The notes: generated by a model from the letters alone, not told the origin. A stretch of DNA of 43,703 nt from Candidatus Moraniibacteriota bacterium (GCA_026396255.1 JAPLXD010000013.1:1-43703), one strand, 5' to 3'; positions 18,219 to 28,014 are shown, numbered from the stretch's first letter. Made by a program: numbers and translations.

Positions 18219-19172
18219 ATGCGTCTAATCGTCAATATTCCAGCCTGGAACGAAGAAAAAACAATTGCCGGAGTGATCCACAAAATCCCCCGCCAAATTC
18301 ATGGAATCGATGAAGTGAAGATCCAGGTCATTGATGATGGCTCGTCCGACAAGACGGTCGAAGTCGCCAAAGCGGCCGGGGCGGATTTCGTCTTGAGTCA
18401 TCCGCGCAATATGGGTATCGGAGCGGCTTTCAAAACGGCCGTTGAATCGGCTCTTGAAAATGGGGCGGATATCATGGTGAATATTGATGCCGATGGCCAA
18501 TTTCCGCCAAGCGATATTCCCAAATTCACGGAACTAATAGTTAATCACAAGGCGGATATGGTGGTAGCCTCTCGCTTTGGGATCAAATCGGCCAAGAATA
18601 TGCCCTGGATAAAAAGTTTTCTCAATCGCTTCGCAGCCAATATTATTGGAAAATTTTTGCGCTATCCGATTGATGACCTCACTTGCGGCTTTCGGGCGCT
18701 TTCCCGCGAAACGATGCTGAGGCTCAATATGGCTTATCGCTTCACCTATACGCAGGAAACTATCATTGATGCTATTTCAAAAAACCTGGTTGTGAAATGG
18801 ATTCCGGTGGAGGTCCATTATTTTGACGGTCGCGAATCAAAAGTGGTGAAAAGCGTCGGAAAATTTGTCTATCAATCGTTTTTGATCATCATTCGCACTG
18901 TCCGCGACGCGCGCCCGATGGTGTTTTTCGGGATTCCGGGGGTCACACTCATCACGACGGCGGCAGCGATCGGAATCGCGTTTCTGGGATACTACTTTTC
19001 CCATTTCAAAGTTACTCCTTTCCGAACTTGGCTTTCACTGGCCGGAATCCTGTTTCTTGTTGGTCTCCAACTTCTCGTGTTCGCGCTCATCGCCGATATG
19101 ATCCGCAACAATCGGAAACTCACCGAGGAGCAGATGTATTTTTTGAAAAAGGAGAAATACAATAAAAAATGA
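18219..19172 (+). CDS. GT2 DPM1-like polyprenol-phosphate glycosyltransferase with two C-terminal TM helices
   Basis: IPAWNEE, DDGSSD, IDADGQF, DLTCGFRA. Confidence 0.9.
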   Translation: MRLIVNIPAWNEEKTIAGVIHKIPRQIHGIDEVKIQVIDDGSSDKTVEVAKAAGADFVLSHPRNMGIGAAFKTAVESALENGADIMVNIDADGQFPPSDIPKFTELIVNHKADMVVASRFGIKSAKNMPWIKSFLNRFAANIIGKFLRYPIDDLTCGFRALSRETMLRLNMAYRFTYTQETIIDAISKNLVVKWIPVEVHYFDGRESKVVKSVGKFVYQSFLIIIRTVRDARPMVFFGIPGVTLITTAAAIGIAFLGYYFSHFKVTPFRTWLSLAGILFLVGLQLLVFALIADMIRNNRKLTEEQMYFLKKEKYNKK

Positions 19173-20284
19173 AAATTCTTTTTATTTCCCGTGCATACCC
19201 ACCTATTTTTGGCGGGATCGAAAATCAGAATTATGGGATTGGCCAATCTTTGTCGGAAATTACGTCTATAAGAATTATTGCCAATGAATCAGGTAAAAAA
19301 AATCTGCCATTTTTTTTGCCTTGGGTGACGCTGAAATCTCTTTTTATTGTTCCGAGATACGATACAATTCTTCTCGGTGATGGAGTTCTTGCTCCACTCG
19401 GCGCATTTTGGAAAATATTTTATCCGAAAAAGAAATATATTTCTATTGTACATGGACTCGATATCACATTTGCACATAAAAAATCAATTTTGGGGAAAAT
19501 TTACAGAGCAGTCAATATTCCAGCGTTGAAGAAAATGGATAAATTGATAATGGTCGGAAACGAAACAATTACTGAAGCAGAAAAGATTGGGATTTTGAAA
19601 GAAAAGTGTGTTTTTATTCCGAATGGATATTATCCAGATGAGATATGCAAAAAATGCACCAGAAGCGATGCAGAAAAATTACTGGAAATGGACTTGGGCG
19701 GCAAGAAATTTATTTTCCGAGGAGGAAGATTTACAAAACACAAGGGTGTGGAGTGGTTCATCCGTAATGTGATGCTAAATTTGCCGGAAAATTATATTTT
19801 TGTTGCCGCTGGAGGAGGTATTGCGAGCAAAACTGCGGGTGATGAGAATTATTATCCAAAATGTAAGCAAGCGGTTGAGGATTTGAAAATGGAAAATAGG
19901 GTGAAACTATTGCTCAATCTCAAGAGATCAGACATAAAAACTCTTTTTAATGTTTGCGACCTGTATATTTCACCGAACATAAAAGTTCCCCGATCAATGG
20001 AAGGTTTTGGTATTACAGCAATTGAGGCCGCTGCTTGTTCAAGGGTTGTTCTAGTGTCAGATATTGAAGGTCTTAAGGACGCAATCAAGGACGGCGATAA
20101 TGGCTTTTTGGTCGAGAGCGGAGATGTGGAGGCGTGGACGAAAAAGATCAACGAACTGTTGGCTGACGACGAATTCCGAAAAAAATTTGGAGAAAAAGCA
20201 AGAGAGTACACAATTGAAAATTATAGTTGGGAGAAAATTGCCAAGAGATATCTGGAGGAAATGGAGAAAGTTGCGAAAAAATAG
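19169..20284 (+). CDS. GT4 glycosyltransferase
   Basis: YPPIFGGIE, VHGLD, GRF.KHKG, EGFGITAIEAAA. Confidence 0.9.
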   Translation: MKILFISRAYPPIFGGIENQNYGIGQSLSEITSIRIIANESGKKNLPFFLPWVTLKSLFIVPRYDTILLGDGVLAPLGAFWKIFYPKKKYISIVHGLDITFAHKKSILGKIYRAVNIPALKKMDKLIMVGNETITEAEKIGILKEKCVFIPNGYYPDEICKKCTRSDAEKLLEMDLGGKKFIFRGGRFTKHKGVEWFIRNVMLNLPENYIFVAAGGGIASKTAGDENYYPKCKQAVEDLKMENRVKLLLNLKRSDIKTLFNVCDLYISPNIKVPRSMEGFGITAIEAAACSRVVLVSDIEGLKDAIKDGDNGFLVESGDVEAWTKKINELLADDEFRKKFGEKAREYTIENYSWEKIAKRYLEEMEKVAKK

Positions 20285-20292
20285 AAATTTAT

Positions 20293-22164
20293 ATGGTTAT
20301 TGGTCTTCTAAAACTCATCCTCACCATCCCCTTTGTCCTCATCTTGCCGGGCGTGCTTTTTCAGTGGGCGATTTTCGGTTGGAAATCCGCCTTTGGCGGA
20401 AGAAAAATATCTTTTTTCGAAAAAGCGGTTTTGGCTGTGCCTTTCAGCTTGATCATAGTCGACCTGATTGTGCTGCTTCTCAACAAATTGAATATTCTCC
20501 TCAAAGGGCCGGTGCTGGTCGGAGCGATTCTGATATTTTGTCTCGTATGTTTTGCCGCATATCAGCTCAGATTTGGGAAGAAAAAAAGCAAAAAAGAAGA
20601 GGAGAGCGAACCTGACAAAACATTTGATTTTTCCACCTGGCAGGCAGTTTTTATCCTGCTGGCGCTTGTCCTCGCGATTTTCATCCGGACGGCCTATCTC
20701 TCTGACACGATCATCCCTTCAGCAACCGATTTGGGCCACCATATGTATTGGGTCCAAACGATCATCAACACGGGGCATCTCCCCAACTACGGTATGCCGG
20801 ATTTCATCATCGGAGAGCATATGGTTTTTGCCGCGGTAAATTTGATCAGCGGGATTGGAGTGATGACTGCCATGCCCGTTCTTCTCCTGCTTTTTTTCAA
20901 CATCGTCGGTATTTTCACAATCGCGATCCTGCTTGGTCGGGTCTTTGAGAGCAAAAAAATTGTGGCTATCTCATTTTTCGTGGCCGGGTCTTTGTATGCA
21001 ATCAATCCTCCGCAAGGCCGGTATGTGAGCGGCGGGGTGGTGGGAAATGTGATGGGAGACATGCTTATTCCGGTTGCAATGTATTTTTTCTATCGCGCCC
21101 TCAAGGAAAAGGATCAGATCTTTGTCGGATTGTTCATTTTTTCTTTCGCTGGTCTCTTGTATACGCATCATTTGAGCGCGTTCGTCCTGATTTTCTCAAT
21201 TGCGGCGGTTGTGATTTTGTATTTGATCCTGAATTTCAAAAACATTTTCAAAATCATCGGCGAGTGGCTAAGATTATTCTTAAAACCCTTTCCCCTTGCG
21301 CTTATATTTATTTTTGCACTGTATTTTCTGGTAATCTTCACTCCTTCGTACTTCAATCCTGCCGCTGTCGGTCAAGCAACGGGCGAGCCAACCAAGAACA
21401 CGCGGATCGGATTCAGTATCGTCCAAATTGATTCAGGCGTTGGCAGCGCGTTGCTCGTTCTGGGAGCTGCAGGGTTTCTTCTGTCACTGTTTGCTCTCAA
21501 GCGAAAAGAACTGAAGTATGCGTTCGCGTTCGGTTGGTTTTTGGTTTTATTCGTGATGACTTGGAAGCCGGGATTGCTCTATGTCAATATTCCGAGCGAC
21601 CGGGTGAGCAATTATTTGTTCCTGCCTTTGGTGCTCCTCTCCTCTTATGCACTCGTCCGGTATTTTGAGGTTTTCACCTCGGACACTTCCCGTTTTTTTT
21701 CGACTGTTTTTCTGTTCACGCTTCTGTTTTTCGTCATTACGAATGGTCTTTCGGACAGTGCGGATGTTTTCAAAGCCAAAAATCAATTCCAGGGGATTAT
21801 GGAGACTTTTCACTCGGCCGCCTATTTGGCCGCAACCGTGGATACAAACAAGGATATTATTTTGAAAGATCACGTGAACATATATGGCGATTCCTGGTAC
21901 AAATTGTTTTTTATGAAAGACTACAAGTATCCCCTCTCCCGCGGGGTGCTCATGCGCTACGCGGATCCGACAAAACCGCGCGAAACCTGCACGCGGGATA
22001 TGATCTCGAACGCGGAAAGCGATGCGGGAAAAGCTTGTTTTGCCGACACGGGGGTCAACTATGTCGCCGTGAACGCCCAAATCGAAGGCAATAGTTTTGA
22101 GAAATATCCGGACTTTTCAAAAGTTTATGGCTCGGATGGAATTTCGATTTTTAGAAAAGACTAA
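20293..22164 (+). CDS. Polytopic membrane protein, probable GT-C-fold glycosyltransferase with DUF1616-like N-terminus
   Basis: More than 12 predicted hydrophobic segments, early loop SATDLGHH, THHLS, soluble C-terminal domain; family assignment is inference. Confidence 0.6.
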   Translation: MVIGLLKLILTIPFVLILPGVLFQWAIFGWKSAFGGRKISFFEKAVLAVPFSLIIVDLIVLLLNKLNILLKGPVLVGAILIFCLVCFAAYQLRFGKKKSKKEEESEPDKTFDFSTWQAVFILLALVLAIFIRTAYLSDTIIPSATDLGHHMYWVQTIINTGHLPNYGMPDFIIGEHMVFAAVNLISGIGVMTAMPVLLLLFFNIVGIFTIAILLGRVFESKKIVAISFFVAGSLYAINPPQGRYVSGGVVGNVMGDMLIPVAMYFFYRALKEKDQIFVGLFIFSFAGLLYTHHLSAFVLIFSIAAVVILYLILNFKNIFKIIGEWLRLFLKPFPLALIFIFALYFLVIFTPSYFNPAAVGQATGEPTKNTRIGFSIVQIDSGVGSALLVLGAAGFLLSLFALKRKELKYAFAFGWFLVLFVMTWKPGLLYVNIPSDRVSNYLFLPLVLLSSYALVRYFEVFTSDTSRFFSTVFLFTLLFFVITNGLSDSADVFKAKNQFQGIMETFHSAAYLAATVDTNKDIILKDHVNIYGDSWYKLFFMKDYKYPLSRGVLMRYADPTKPRETCTRDMISNAESDAGKACFADTGVNYVAVNAQIEGNSFEKYPDFSKVYGSDGISIFRKD

Positions 22165-22167
22165 ACT

Positions 22168-22533
22168 ATGTCATCCAAAATAATCATCATCGCCGTCGCC
22201 ATTCTTCTCATCATCAGCTTCTCGGTGCTTTTTGTGATTGAAACCAAAAATCACAACTATGATTACAACAAAACCTGGAGCGTGGCGTATTTTGAAAATC
22301 CGCGGGACAACTCACTCGATTTCGCAATCGAAAATCACGAGGGTGTGGCGGCGGAATATGGCTACAAGATTTTTGTGGGCGACGACAAAGTGATTGATGA
22401 GAAAGTTGAAATCAATGCCGGCGCCAAACAACAAATCTCGCCGGTGATCCCGAGCGAGCGCTTGAGCGGCAACAAAGTTTTGATCGAAGTAAACTATAAA
22501 AGTAAGGATTATAAGATATATAAGAGTTTATAA
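22168..22533 (+). CDS. Membrane-anchored beta-rich hypothetical protein (DUF1616 C-terminal-like)
   Basis: N-terminal TM helix, F.IENHEG...Y motif; tight operon spacing. Confidence 0.65.
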   Translation: MSSKIIIIAVAILLIISFSVLFVIETKNHNYDYNKTWSVAYFENPRDNSLDFAIENHEGVAAEYGYKIFVGDDKVIDEKVEINAGAKQQISPVIPSERLSGNKVLIEVNYKSKDYKIYKSL

Positions 22534-23784
22534 ATGAAACGCATTTTATTGCTTACCCGGCCGATTTGCCCGCCATGGGATGAGGGGTCGAAAAATTTCG
22601 CTTACACCCTCGCCAAATACGCGGGTGATGTTGAGGTCCATCTTTTGACATATCCGGGGTGTGGAGCCTCAGATACTGCCTGGATTTTCAATCTTCAAAA
22701 TGTCGTCTGCCACGACATTTATACCTCATCAAAATGGGATTGGTCGCAAAAGATCCGGGCCTATATTTTTTTGGCCAAAGAATTTTTTTTGAAAGGCGGA
22801 AGGAAATACGACATTTTGCATTCTTTTTTCACTCCGACAAGGCTGAACTCTTTCGCGCTGAAGCTGTGTTTGAGAAACACAAAAACAAAAACCATCCAAA
22901 CACTGGCGACATTGCGGGATGATTTGTACGGCGCGGAAAGATTGAAAAAAATCATTCACGCGGATTTCGTCATCACCTATTCTGACTATGCGAAGGAAAA
23001 ACTGGAGAAAATTGGATTTCGGAAGATAAAAAGAATTTATCCGGGAATCGATATAAAAAAATACTCTCCTACTCCGAAAGACAGGGCATACTTGAAAAGA
23101 TATGAAACGGGCGAAGATGATTTTGTGATCAATTATACCGGTGAATATGTGCGGCTTGGAGACATGGATGATATCGTCAATGCATTTATAGATTTAACTC
23201 GTTTTGCCATCCCGGGCTTGATCCGGGATCCAGAAAATAAATTTGGCGCAGAGAAACTGGATTCCCGCTGGAGTTTATCCCGCACCGGGATGCGGGGCGG
23301 GAATGACAAGAACAGGAAATTTAAATTACATTTAGCGGTGCGGGTGAAAAATGAAAAAGATGCGCAAAAAAAGCGAGAAATTATTGCGAAACTGAAAAAA
23401 GAAGGCGTTTTAGACAGAGTAGCCTTTATTGACGATTGCAGTTATGTGATGGAAGACGTATTCAATCTTTGCGATATCTCCATTTTTCCGGCGCGGACGA
23501 TGGCCGGGAAGTTTGATATTCCTCTGGCCGTCATTGAAGCGATGGCTTGCGGCAAGCCCGTGATCGCGTCCAATCTCGAAAGGCTCAAATATTTCCTAAA
23601 CAACGAAAACAGCATCTTGGTTCCGCCCGGAAACCGCGAAGCCCTCAAAGAAAATATTTTGTATTTGTATAATAATCCCGAGAAAAGAAACGATCTGGCG
23701 CGGCGTGGCATTGATTTTGTCCGCGCGAATTTCGATATAGCGAAAATAGTGAAAGAGTATGAAGAGGTGTATGCAAAATTATGA
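22534..23784 (+). CDS. GT4 glycosyltransferase with palindrome-derived insertion
   Basis: PPWDEG, IYPGID, KFDIPLAVIEAMACGKPVI. Confidence 0.88.
   Translation: MKRILLLTRPICPPWDEGSKNFAYTLAKYAGDVEVHLLTYPGCGASDTAWIFNLQNVVCHDIYTSSKWDWSQKIRAYIFLAKEFFLKGGRKYDILHSFFTPTRLNSFALKLCLRNTKTKTIQTLATLRDDLYGAERLKKIIHADFVITYSDYAKEKLEKIGFRKIKRIYPGIDIKKYSPTPKDRAYLKRYETGEDDFVINYTGEYVRLGDMDDIVNAFIDLTRFAIPGLIRDPENKFGAEKLDSRWSLSRTGMRGGNDKNRKFKLHLAVRVKNEKDAQKKREIIAKLKKEGVLDRVAFIDDCSYVMEDVFNLCDISIFPARTMAGKFDIPLAVIEAMACGKPVIASNLERLKYFLNNENSILVPPGNREALKENILYLYNNPEKRNDLARRGIDFVRANFDIAKIVKEYEEVYAKL
23204..23309. mobile_element. RPE/REP-like palindromic element inserted in frame
   Basis: TTGCCATCCCGGGCTTGATCCGGGATCCA...CTGGATTCCCGC...GCGGGAATGACAA; encodes AIPGLIRDP...LDSR...GND. 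Confidence 0.75.
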
Positions 23785-25274
23785 ACATTGAATCCCTATC
23801 CGCCCACAAAAAGAAATTCCAGACGGACAAAATGAAAGTTCCGGCGATTTTTTTCATGAGCGAAGAATTGCTTCCGCAGGATGAAACATATAGAAAATTG
23901 GAAGACGTGGCGTCCAATCCGGACATTCTTTTTCACAATTTGGCGGCTATGCCCGACGTCTGCTCAAAACCCGGCCGGAAAAACGCGTCCGGAACGGTGG
24001 TTGCTTCCGAGGGTTTTATTCTTCCCCAGGTCAACGATTCCGACCCCAACTGCGGTATGCGCCTTTTGAAGACGAATCTCACAGAAGAGAATTTTTCGCT
24101 TGTTGAAATTGATAAACTTTTTCAAAAATTGGTGCAAACGGTTCCCACCAAAAAATTTGTCGGTACAAAGGTTCCTTTCAACGTCGTCGTCGACATATGC
24201 CGGAAAGGAACACGAGCCATTGTTGATCATCTGGGGATCAAAACCAAAAACGAATTGGAAAATACCCAAAACGGCGGAAATTTTTTTGAGCATGAAGTGA
24301 CGCGGCAGGATATTTTCGATGTTGTTCCAAAGTTTTATCTGTTTTTTGCCAAATACCGTCTGGGCATCATTGGCGCGGCCGGAAACCATTTTCTGGATCT
24401 AATGAAAGTGACTGATCTTGTCGACCCCCAAGTGGCTGAAATTTTCGGATTGAAGAAAGGACAATATCTCTTTATGATCCATACCGGCTCTGGTATCTTG
24501 GGACAATACACGATGTACACCCACACCGCCAAAAAACGGGAGCATTTGTCCCAATCGCTAATGGTGAGTTTGGGAAAATTGACATTTGGCTCAAGAAAAA
24601 AAGATGTTTATCGGGAAATGCAAAAGAAAATAAGAAACCATATGCAGGGCGACGAGTCCCTTCTCAAATATGATGCCAATGGTCCGGACGGCGAAATGTA
24701 TATGAATGCCCGGGCTGCCGCTTCCAATTTTGGAACCGCCAATAGGGCGGTGATCACTCACAATATTTCCGAGACGATCAAAAAGTTGTTTGACCGTGAT
24801 CCGGAGATGGATTTGATTTATGATATGCCCCATATTTCCATATCCAAAGAAAATCATTTTGGGCGCGATGTTTTTGTCCATCGCAGCAATGCTTCGCGCG
24901 CCTTTGGACCGGCAAAAATGACTGATCATCCGGTTTACAAAAAAACCGGAGAACCGGTATTTATCCCCTCTTCCATGTCGACGGATGCGTATATTGGCGT
25001 GGGAACGGACAAAAATGAGGACAGTTTCTTTTCCGCTCCGCACGGCACCGGAAAGGGCAAGAACGAAAAAGAAAAATCCATCACCAGCAAAAATGAATTA
25101 TTCGCCAAGATGGAAAATAAGGGCGTGCGGCTTTATAACGCCAAGTCATCGATAGTTGTCAACCAAGATTCTGCCCGCTACAAGGACATTGACAAGGTCA
25201 TGGCTGGTGTCGAAACCAACGGCATCGCCCATGTGGTGGCCAAAATGAAACCAGTGGCGGTTTTAATGTACTAG
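23781..25274 (+). CDS. rtcB: Divergent RtcB-family ligase/guanylyltransferase
   Basis: AMPD, DPNCGMR, GNHF, IHTGS, YDMPH, VHR, IPSSM, SAPHGTG and YKD in canonical RtcB order. Confidence 0.85.
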   Translation: MNIESLSAHKKKFQTDKMKVPAIFFMSEELLPQDETYRKLEDVASNPDILFHNLAAMPDVCSKPGRKNASGTVVASEGFILPQVNDSDPNCGMRLLKTNLTEENFSLVEIDKLFQKLVQTVPTKKFVGTKVPFNVVVDICRKGTRAIVDHLGIKTKNELENTQNGGNFFEHEVTRQDIFDVVPKFYLFFAKYRLGIIGAAGNHFLDLMKVTDLVDPQVAEIFGLKKGQYLFMIHTGSGILGQYTMYTHTAKKREHLSQSLMVSLGKLTFGSRKKDVYREMQKKIRNHMQGDESLLKYDANGPDGEMYMNARAAASNFGTANRAVITHNISETIKKLFDRDPEMDLIYDMPHISISKENHFGRDVFVHRSNASRAFGPAKMTDHPVYKKTGEPVFIPSSMSTDAYIGVGTDKNEDSFFSAPHGTGKGKNEKEKSITSKNELFAKMENKGVRLYNAKSSIVVNQDSARYKDIDKVMAGVETNGIAHVVAKMKPVAVLMY

Positions 25275-25283
25275 TTTTGTAAA

Positions 25284-25880
25284 GTGAAACTAATCACCCT
25301 CTCCGGACTCGACGGTTCGGGAAAATCGACACAAATTGAACTTCTAAAGAATTATCTCAAGTCTCGAGATAAGACTTTTTTCTATTTCCACGCGGTGGAT
25401 TTTTCCATTGGAAATAAGATATTAACGCGAGGAAAAAATCCCCCTCAATCCCCCTTTTTTAAAGGGGGAGGTTTCAGTGGCGTCATAAAAGCCAGCTGGT
25501 TTCAGATTCAATTGCGGAAAATTGCCTTAGGCATTGATATCTGTAGATTTGGAAAATTACTTAAGAAAACAAAAGTCGACTATATAATTTCTGATAGATA
25601 TTTTTATGATAGTGTAGTGAATATAGATTTTCTGTTGGGAAACAATACCAAATTATTTTTTGAAAAATATATTCCCAAACCGGACTTTGCTTTCTATATC
25701 AATGTAAATCCGGAAATAATCATGAGGCGTGAGCGTAAACCGGATCAGGGAATGGAATACTTGGTGGCAAAAGAAAGGATATTTAAAGAAAAAATAAAAG
25801 ATTGGAATATGATTGTGCTTGATGGCGAAAAAAATAAAGACGAGATATTCAATGAACTAAAATCAAAAATCAATGTCTAA
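25284..25880 (+). CDS. Thymidylate-kinase-like P-loop kinase
   Basis: LITLSGLDGSGKSTQ, SDRYFYD, PKPD; lacks the usual TREPG segment, so substrate is uncertain. Confidence 0.8.
   Translation: MKLITLSGLDGSGKSTQIELLKNYLKSRDKTFFYFHAVDFSIGNKILTRGKNPPQSPFFKGGGFSGVIKASWFQIQLRKIALGIDICRFGKLLKKTKVDYIISDRYFYDSVVNIDFLLGNNTKLFFEKYIPKPDFAFYINVNPEIIMRRERKPDQGMEYLVAKERIFKEKIKDWNMIVLDGEKNKDEIFNELKSKINV
25437..25470. repeat. CCCCC..GGGGG hairpin element inserted in frame in the kinase gene
   Basis: AATCCCCCTCAATCCCCCTTTTTTAAAGGGGGAG, encoding NPPQSPFFKGG. Confidence 0.7.
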
Positions 25881-27369
25881 ATTTCTTGTAAAATCATTTT
25901 TCTGGGTCACTCTTTCGGAGGTGATTTATAATCTCTCGGCTTATGTCATTCATTCCGGCATGGGTCGGATTTTGGGACCGGCGGAATACGGACGCTACGG
26001 TATTGTTGTCACGCTCACAACGATGATCGTGGTTTTGATTGGCCAAGGCGTGCCGACAGCAATGGCGAAATATCTCGGAGAAATATATGACACGAAACCG
26101 GGACTGGTTCCGATCATCAAAAAGCAAACCGTGAAAATTCAGTTTGTTTTGATCGGTGCCGTGACAGTCATTTTCTTCTTCCTCGCTCCGGTGATTTCTC
26201 TCATCCTCCACGACAAGACGCTCACTCCTCTTTTCCAGATTTCAACGCTCGTGATCCCGGCCTTTGCTCTCGCTTCTTTCTATTTCTACTATTACACCGG
26301 TCTTCACGAATTCAAAACCCAGGCTTGGCTCAAAACTTCGCGGGCTTTTTTCCGGATACTTTTCATCCTGGGGCTGGCTTTGCTCTTGAGATCATATGGT
26401 TACGCGCTTCAGGGCGCGCTGGTTGGGTATATCTTGGCTCCCCTCTCCATTTTCTTCGAAGCCAATCTGCTGGACAAATTCAAAAAAGTGAAAGCCGAAG
26501 GGTTTTTCGACTGGCGAAAACTTTTGCACTATGCCTGGCCGATGACGCTTTTTCTCATCGCCTATGAATTTTTGATCACGATCGATCTCTATCTCGTGAA
26601 AGGAATTTTGAGGGACGACACTCTGACGGGGCTATACAACGGCGCCATCACTGTCGGTCGCATCCCGTATTTTTTGTTCTATGCTCTAACTATCATCATC
26701 CTCCCCGCCGTTTCAAAATCAACCTCAAGCAACAACCATGCTGAGACCAAGAAATTGATTGGGCAATCTTTGCGGCTGATGGTGATGTTTCTTCTGCCGA
26801 TTGCAATTTTGATGGCTGTCTATTCCCAGCCGATTTTGCAAATATTCTATGGCAAGAAATTCCTGGGTGCGGCCGGCCCGATGTCAATTTTGATGAGCGG
26901 GGTGACATTTCTCACGATCTTCTATGTCATGGCCTTTGCCTTGAACGGCGCGGGGAAAGTGAAAGCTCCGATGTATATTTCATTCGCTGGACTCGCAACA
27001 AACATCGTCTTGAGTTATTTTTTCATTCACCAATACGGCCTTTCCGGCGCAGCCGTGGCTACTTCAATCACTTCTTTTGTCGCGATGGTGCTGGTTCTTG
27101 CCTATTCTTATAATTTCTTCGGCTATTTGTTTAAGCTTTCCAGTTTTTTGAAGATCATTATTGCTTCGGCCATCATGTATTTTTCTTCGACATTTTTTCC
27201 CGGCGGGCATTATGCTTTCATCTTCTGGTCAGCGATATTATTCGCGATCTATATTGCGATCCTTTTCGCTTTCCGCGAATTCGGTTCGTCTGACCTTGAA
27301 CTCGTGAAACAGCTATTGCAAAAGAAAAAAATAAAAACCGCCGCCGACGTGGAAGAAGAGGCTTTATAG
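25873..27369 (+). CDS. Wzx/MOP-family oligosaccharide flippase
   Basis: RILGPAEYGRY, ID.YLVK, GLYN.A, LPAVS, YGLSGAAVAT; ~14 hydrophobic segments. Confidence 0.9.
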   Translation: MSKFLVKSFFWVTLSEVIYNLSAYVIHSGMGRILGPAEYGRYGIVVTLTTMIVVLIGQGVPTAMAKYLGEIYDTKPGLVPIIKKQTVKIQFVLIGAVTVIFFFLAPVISLILHDKTLTPLFQISTLVIPAFALASFYFYYYTGLHEFKTQAWLKTSRAFFRILFILGLALLLRSYGYALQGALVGYILAPLSIFFEANLLDKFKKVKAEGFFDWRKLLHYAWPMTLFLIAYEFLITIDLYLVKGILRDDTLTGLYNGAITVGRIPYFLFYALTIIILPAVSKSTSSNNHAETKKLIGQSLRLMVMFLLPIAILMAVYSQPILQIFYGKKFLGAAGPMSILMSGVTFLTIFYVMAFALNGAGKVKAPMYISFAGLATNIVLSYFFIHQYGLSGAAVATSITSFVAMVLVLAYSYNFFGYLFKLSSFLKIIIASAIMYFSSTFFPGGHYAFIFWSAILFAIYIAILFAFREFGSSDLELVKQLLQKKKIKTAADVEEEAL

Positions 27370-27401
27370 AAATAAAAAGCTCCCCCAAGGAGGAGCTGTG
27401 T

Positions 27402-27479
27402 GCAGGAGCAGGGTTGTACCCTGGTCCTTTTTTTCATTTTCTCGCCAACATGCGGAGCAAGGTACAACCTTGCTCCTGC
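27402..27479. repeat. 78-nt REP-doublet/MITE-like element, copy 1
   Basis: GCAGGAGCAGGGTTGTACCCTG...GGAGCAAGGTACAACCTTGCTCCTGC; inverted homolog at 35463-35541. Confidence 0.85.
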
Positions 27480-27504
27480 TGGAGTCTAGATTAAACATCG
27501 CGCT

Positions 27505-27960
27505 TTATTTCTGCCAAGCTCGTTTATTAAAGTTCGATGGAAAGTTCCAATAGGGACTGAGATACATTCGATCTTTATCGAATGCAGCGATCGATATTCT
27601 TGCGACGAAGGCGACAAGTAGAGATAAGAAGATTAGTTTAAACGCTTCGTCAGTATCGCCGATTCTAAATCGGTAGGCCGTTAGAAATTCAATCCAGGGT
27701 GCAACAAGAAATGAGATTAGAGTTAAATAATAAGCGGTTCCCGTGCAATGGTCATATGTAATGCCTATTGCAAATATGGCCATTATGTAGCCCAATAGCA
27801 GGATCCACCCACCCATCCCTTTCCATCCAGGATGTGCAATTGCATACAAAGCTGCTTCTTCCGAAAGTATCCATGGTAAATAGATTAAAGCAGCGCCGAT
27901 CGAGAGATAGATCAAAACTTCCATTGCTATCCAGGAAATTCGTTTAAATTTTTCCATCAC
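27505..27960 (-). CDS. Hypothetical four-TM membrane protein
   Basis: GGGAGG SD before GTG start; hydrophobic helices; AT-rich codons. Confidence 0.65.
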   Translation of the reverse strand: MMEKFKRISWIAMEVLIYLSIGAALIYLPWILSEEAALYAIAHPGWKGMGGWILLLGYIMAIFAIGITYDHCTGTAYYLTLISFLVAPWIEFLTAYRFRIGDTDEAFKLIFLSLLVAFVARISIAAFDKDRMYLSPYWNFPSNFNKRAWQK

Positions 27961-28014
27961 TTTGCCTCCCTTTAGATGGCAGCTTTTTTAGCTGAAAAGT
28001 GCTATTTCTTTTAG

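Noticed and set aside
25284-25880. Calling the kinase tmk
   Set aside because: Lacks the TREPG region and sits in a glycan operon; substrate cannot be assigned from sequence.
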